NCBI RefSeq assembly: GCF_000143415.4
Contig: NW_003314373.1
Span: 248,001-312,000 of the forward strand
Source of the DNA: Selaginella moellendorffii
Lineage: Eukaryota > Plantae > Lycopodiophyta
Direction: 5' to 3'
DNA length: 64,000 nucleotides
Below, piece after piece: positions 59,827 to 64,000 of the stretch (position 1 is its first letter; each line of letters begins with the position of its first letter). Both the position numbers and the translations under genes were made by a program. The notes beneath the pieces are model-generated. The model was not told the origin of the DNA and searched no databases. It saw only the letters and a list, made by a program, of their open reading frames with translations.

Positions 59827-61971
59827 CTACCAAAAGTCCCGACAAGTGCACTCTCCAAGGCTCACGAACTTGTGGAAGCGGTTTGCGTCGCGGACAATGA
59901 TCTCGCGCCCCGTGACTTTGGAGATCATCTTCGCGGCAGCGTGACAATCGCAGCACATTCTCAAGTTCTTCATCACCCTCAGCGGTGTTCCATGCGGCGT
60001 CGACAACACCCCAAACGCGATCGCCACCTTCTCGCTGTGGTATCCCAAAAGCTTGCTCTTGCTCGCGTCCTCGATGTCATGCAAGACCTCCTCGGTGCTT
60101 GGAACATACCCCGCTTTCGCGATCGCGTCGCCCAGCTCGAGAAGCTTGGCGTGGATCTCTTCCCACCTATTGTGGCTCGTGTCTCCCACCAAGAACTCGT
60201 GGATCTTGCCATCGATCTCGATCCAGCTCCGCCCGGGTTGCTTTCTCACGCCGCTCCTCTCCATTCTCTTGCGAGTGTCCTTGACGTCGTCCCACTTCTT
60301 GGCAGCGGCGAAGAGATTCGAGAGAAGTACGTGATCTCCGGAAGCTTGCCCTTTGGACTGCGACTTACAGACCGCCTCGGCTATGCGTTTTGCTCGATCC
60401 ACGTCCCCGTGAACCTTGCATGCTCCAAGCAGCATCGTCCAAGTCACTGGATCCGGAAGAAAAGGCATGGTTCGGATGAGTTCTTCTGCGTGTTCCAGCC
60501 ATCCCGCTCGGCTCAAGACGTCAACCATGGTGGAGAAGTTATCGGCATTTGGAGTGAGGCCATAGTCGCTTGAAATGCCGAGAAAGAGGACGCCAGATCT
60601 ATAGACCAGGCCCGCATAGCTACAAGCCGATAGAACACATCCATAGGTGATGAGATCCGGCTTGATTCCCTGCTGCTGCATCTCCACAAAGAGTTCCAGT
60701 GATTCTATTGGGTAGCCGTTTTGGCAGTGAGCAGCGATGATCGCAGTCCAGGAGATCACGTCTTTGTTGTGGATTCTATCAAATACGAGCCTTGCATCTT
60801 CGACACATCCAAACTTGGCATACATGTAGATGAGCGAGTTGCCAACGAGAACATCCGTGTCGAGATTGTGATGTCGAGAGATTCGAGAGTGAACCTCTCT
60901 TCCTTGCTGGATCGCTGTTAAGTTTGCACAGGCATCGAGAGCTGCCAGAAAAGTTCGCTGGTCTGGCTCCAAGTCCATCGCCTGGTAGAGCTCCAAAACG
61001 TTCATGTAATCCCCATTTTGGGCATTTGCCAAAAGCATCGCATTCCACGATACAACATCTTTATCCTTCAAGTTGCTAAAACATTTTCTAGCCTCGCCAA
61101 TACAACCAAACCTCCCATACATACTGATTAGCGAGTTGCTTAGATTGGTTTCTCGTCTCAGATTTATCGACTTGTTTGCCAAAATCTTCGTGTGGACATC
61201 TAAACCCTGTTCTAATCTCTCTACTCCAGCTATCAGACCCAGAAATGTTACAGCGTCGGGTTTTAGATCCATACTTTTAAACAAATCCATCGCTCTATCA
61301 AAATACCCATTCTGGGCAAATGCTGCTACCATTGCGTTCCAAGTAACAACGTCTTTCTCCAGCCTTGCTTTAAAGATATAAAATGCTTCGTCTAGCCGCT
61401 GGAATTTTCCGTACATTGTAATAAGCGCATTGCCGAGAATATGGTCTCCAGCCAGTGCCCCATCCGCGACCATGCAGTCGTACAAATGCCGGCCCTCTAT
61501 CAAGCTCGAGCACGCCTCTAGGGCAACCACGTAGGTTATCTGGTTGGGTCTCACTCCCTGGAGATCCATCTCGCGGAAGATTTGCATCGCCAGGCGCTTG
61601 GATCCGTTGCTCGCGGCCGCGGCGATCATGATTGTCCACGAGTAGATGTTCTTCCGGTCGCCGATTTCATCGAACACGCGCTGGGCATCGCCGACGCTGC
61701 CGCATTTGCCATACATTTCGATCAGTAGATTCGCAAGGAAGCGATCCAGCTGCGAATTCCTGGCCAGGCGGTGGTGAATCCGCCGGCCATCGGCTAGGTT
61801 CTTGGATCTTCCGCAGCGCTTGATCAGAGACGAGCAGAGGTCTTTCAGGGAATCCGGGTGAGCCGTGTCCAGGGCGGCCAGATCGATTGTCTCTTGGTCG
61901 CCGCGATGCCGATATTTCGAGACAGAGCAGTGGATGCTCCTCTTCTTGACAAGATTTCTTCTCACGAGCAT
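59827..61971 (-). CDS. PLS-class DYW PPR protein (candidate C-to-U editing factor)
   Basis: PLS repeats, E domains, PG box PGRSWIE, HSEK...CCDCH deaminase signature and a DFW terminus. Confidence 0.96.
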   Translation of the reverse strand: MLVRRNLVKKRSIHCSVSKYRHRGDQETIDLAALDTAHPDSLKDLCSSLIKRCGRSKNLADGRRIHHRLARNSQLDRFLANLLIEMYGKCGSVGDAQRVFDEIGDRKNIYSWTIMIAAAASNGSKRLAMQIFREMDLQGVRPNQITYVVALEACSSLIEGRHLYDCMVADGALAGDHILGNALITMYGKFQRLDEAFYIFKARLEKDVVTWNAMVAAFAQNGYFDRAMDLFKSMDLKPDAVTFLGLIAGVERLEQGLDVHTKILANKSINLRRETNLSNSLISMYGRFGCIGEARKCFSNLKDKDVVSWNAMLLANAQNGDYMNVLELYQAMDLEPDQRTFLAALDACANLTAIQQGREVHSRISRHHNLDTDVLVGNSLIYMYAKFGCVEDARLVFDRIHNKDVISWTAIIAAHCQNGYPIESLELFVEMQQQGIKPDLITYGCVLSACSYAGLVYRSGVLFLGISSDYGLTPNADNFSTMVDVLSRAGWLEHAEELIRTMPFLPDPVTWTMLLGACKVHGDVDRAKRIAEAVCKSQSKGQASGDHVLLSNLFAAAKKWDDVKDTRKRMERSGVRKQPGRSWIEIDGKIHEFLVGDTSHNRWEEIHAKLLELGDAIAKAGYVPSTEEVLHDIEDASKSKLLGYHSEKVAIAFGVLSTPHGTPLRVMKNLRMCCDCHAAAKMISKVTGREIIVRDANRFHKFVSLGECTCRDFW

Positions 61972-62013
61972 CGAAGAAGCTCGATCGTGGCGGCATCTGG
62001 TCGATCGACGAGC

Positions 62014-62021
62014 TAGGGTTT
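62014..62021 (-). promoter_or_regulatory. Telo-box (AAACCCTA) between the divergent PPR start codons
   Basis: TAGGGTTT immediately before the ATG at 62022. Confidence 0.5.
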
Positions 62022-64000
62022 ATGGTACTATGGCGATTCAAGCTGCGGCATCTGGATCGACCGAGGCGCGCGCCGGCATTCTTGGAATCCCTGGCGCCCG
62101 TCGCAGTAGTATCATCCGATCAAGACGATCTGGAGAGCGCTCTCCACAGGCTAGACCAGGGCGCGAGGGTGGAGTCGGACGAATTCGCGGCTCTACTCCG
62201 GCAATGTGGGATCCAGGGCGCGCTCCCAGAGGGCCGGAAGATCCACGAACACATGGTGAGACGCGGCTACCAGGGTGAAAGATACCTCGAGAACTTGCTG
62301 GTGGAGATGTATGGTAAGTGTGGGAGCTTGCCCGAGGCGTGGGATTGCTTCGCCCGGATCGCGCTTCCAAACCTCTACTCCTGGACGATTCTCATCACTG
62401 CATATGCCCAAAACGGGCATTTGGATGAGGCACTGGTGTTCTTTAGCAAAATGGCTCTGGAGGGGATCAAGGCCAACGCCATCACCTTCGTCGTCGCTAT
62501 CAATGCGTGCGCCATGCTCGGAGATCCCAGACGCGGTAAGGCTCTTCACGATTTCCTTGTTCCTTGTGGTTTTTTCGATTCCAGTCTTGTTGGAAACTCT
62601 CTGATTCACATGTATGGCAAATGCAGGGACTTGGACGCGGCCAAAAGCGCTTTCAACGAGTTGAAGAAGAAAGATGTGGTGACTTGGAACTCGATCATAT
62701 CGGCTTACGCGCAGAATGGTCGTGGGAAGGAAGCTCTCGAGCTCTACAACGACATGGACTGGACGCCGGACAAGATAACGTACGTCGGTGCTATCGAGGC
62801 TTGTGCGAGCTCGCAAGACTTAGAACAGGGTAGAATGATCCACGCTAGGATTGACAAAGGTGGCGTCAAGCCCGACACAGTTCTCGAGAACAGCATCCTC
62901 AACATGTACTGGAAGTGCCGGAGCCTAGACGATGCCAAGGCCATGTTTGCGACGATGGACAGTCCTTCGTTCGTGGCATGGAATATCATGATCCTGGCTT
63001 ACGCTCACAGCGGATACGTGAAGGAAGCACTCGAGACGTTCCAAAAGATGGACATTGAAGGTGTCGAGGCTGACTGCGTGAGCTTCTCCAGTGCTCTCGA
63101 CGCCTGTGCGCACGCGAAGGCACTAGAGTTTGGCAAGGCGATTCATGACAGCCTCGGTTGCTCGGACTCGAGAGCTGTTTGCGTCAACAACGCTCTCACG
63201 AACTTCTATGGGAGGTGTGGTCGTCCGGAGGATGCCAGGATTATCTTCGACCAGATGCCAATGAGAGACGTGATCTCGTGGACAGCCATGATCTCTGTTT
63301 ACGTCGAGACGGGATTCTCCGGAGAAGCTCTGGCTTTGTACAGGGAGATGTGCTTGGAGGGAGGAAAGCCGAATCAGGTGACGTTGAAGATCGCTCTGGA
63401 TGCTTGTGCGGAGCTGGGGGATCTATCAGCCGGGAAGGGAATTCATTCCTGCGTTCTCTGGAGCGAAGAAACGGCACCTCAAGTCGGTAACACGCTCGTC
63501 AACTTCTACAGTAGGTGTGGTGAAGTCCGGCTAGCTCGAGCAGCCTTTGACAAACTCCGAGAGCGGGACATGGCCTCCTGGACGACGATGTTTCGGGCCT
63601 ACGGCAACAATGGCGACGACCGGGAAGTCATCCAGCTCTTTCACGAGATGGTTCTCTCCGACGAACTACAGCCCGACACAGTCATCTTCAGCATCGCTTT
63701 GCAGTCGTGTGCCAACGTGAAGTCTCTAGCGGATGGCAAGGCGATTCACAAGTCTCTAGCCGACAGCAGCGAAGCCGTCCAGACCGACGTGGTTGTGTGC
63801 AACACGCTGCTGTCCATGTACGCCAAGTGTGGGGCCTCGGCCCACGCGAGAGCCGTGTTTGAGAGCATGAGCCGCCGGAACGTCATCACCTGGAACGGGA
63901 TCATGAAAGCTTACGCTTTGCAAGGCGAATTTGGCGAGGCACTGGCGCTGTTCCAGCGGCTCGAGGCCGAGAAGGAGGTGAAGCCCGACCGCGTGACGTT
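62022..64000 (+). CDS. PLS-class PPR protein, runs off the window end
   Basis: Frame from ATG 62022 (MVLWRFKLRH...FAALLRQCG...NLLVEMYGKCG) with P-L-S repeats to the end. Absent from the ORF track, consistent with no stop inside the window. Confidence 0.92.
   Translation, partial: MVLWRFKLRHLDRPRRAPAFLESLAPVAVVSSDQDDLESALHRLDQGARVESDEFAALLRQCGIQGALPEGRKIHEHMVRRGYQGERYLENLLVEMYGKCGSLPEAWDCFARIALPNLYSWTILITAYAQNGHLDEALVFFSKMALEGIKANAITFVVAINACAMLGDPRRGKALHDFLVPCGFFDSSLVGNSLIHMYGKCRDLDAAKSAFNELKKKDVVTWNSIISAYAQNGRGKEALELYNDMDWTPDKITYVGAIEACASSQDLEQGRMIHARIDKGGVKPDTVLENSILNMYWKCRSLDDAKAMFATMDSPSFVAWNIMILAYAHSGYVKEALETFQKMDIEGVEADCVSFSSALDACAHAKALEFGKAIHDSLGCSDSRAVCVNNALTNFYGRCGRPEDARIIFDQMPMRDVISWTAMISVYVETGFSGEALALYREMCLEGGKPNQVTLKIALDACAELGDLSAGKGIHSCVLWSEETAPQVGNTLVNFYSRCGEVRLARAAFDKLRERDMASWTTMFRAYGNNGDDREVIQLFHEMVLSDELQPDTVIFSIALQSCANVKSLADGKAIHKSLADSSEAVQTDVVVCNTLLSMYAKCGASAHARAVFESMSRRNVITWNGIMKAYALQGEFGEALALFQRLEAEKEVKPDRVT

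Overview
Eukaryotic plant nuclear DNA, most likely a lycophyte such as Selaginella. This is inferred from the gene density, ~50-100 bp introns and many intronless PLS/SS-type PPR genes; it was not checked by search. Genes: seven PPR ORFs (four short-repeat PLS types, one P-class, one DYW, one running off the window end), two DUF599 genes plus a pseudogene, an IDD zinc-finger factor, a LYR-type LysM receptor kinase, a SAM methyltransferase, a tight CLC-e/PsbW/MPH1 thylakoid trio, a WAT1/UmamiT transporter, a BAHD acyltransferase, an IQM protein, an AT-rich bulb-type lectin and a GH47 mannosidase. One compact Ty3/gypsy family occurs three times: a full-length copy (42947-48146), a decayed copy (2151-7411) and a truncated solo LTR. 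The strongest finding is a complete -1 ribosomal frameshift cassette at its gag-pol junction (G GGA AAC, 6-nt spacer, H-type pseudoknot), with an overlapping TAATG stop-start inside it. The two long copies were independently hit by different LTR-like inserts 27 bp apart in the integrase zinc finger. The window also shows local block duplications collapsed by deletions, and two PPR genes head-to-head with only 50 bp between start codons. Exon boundaries were read by eye.
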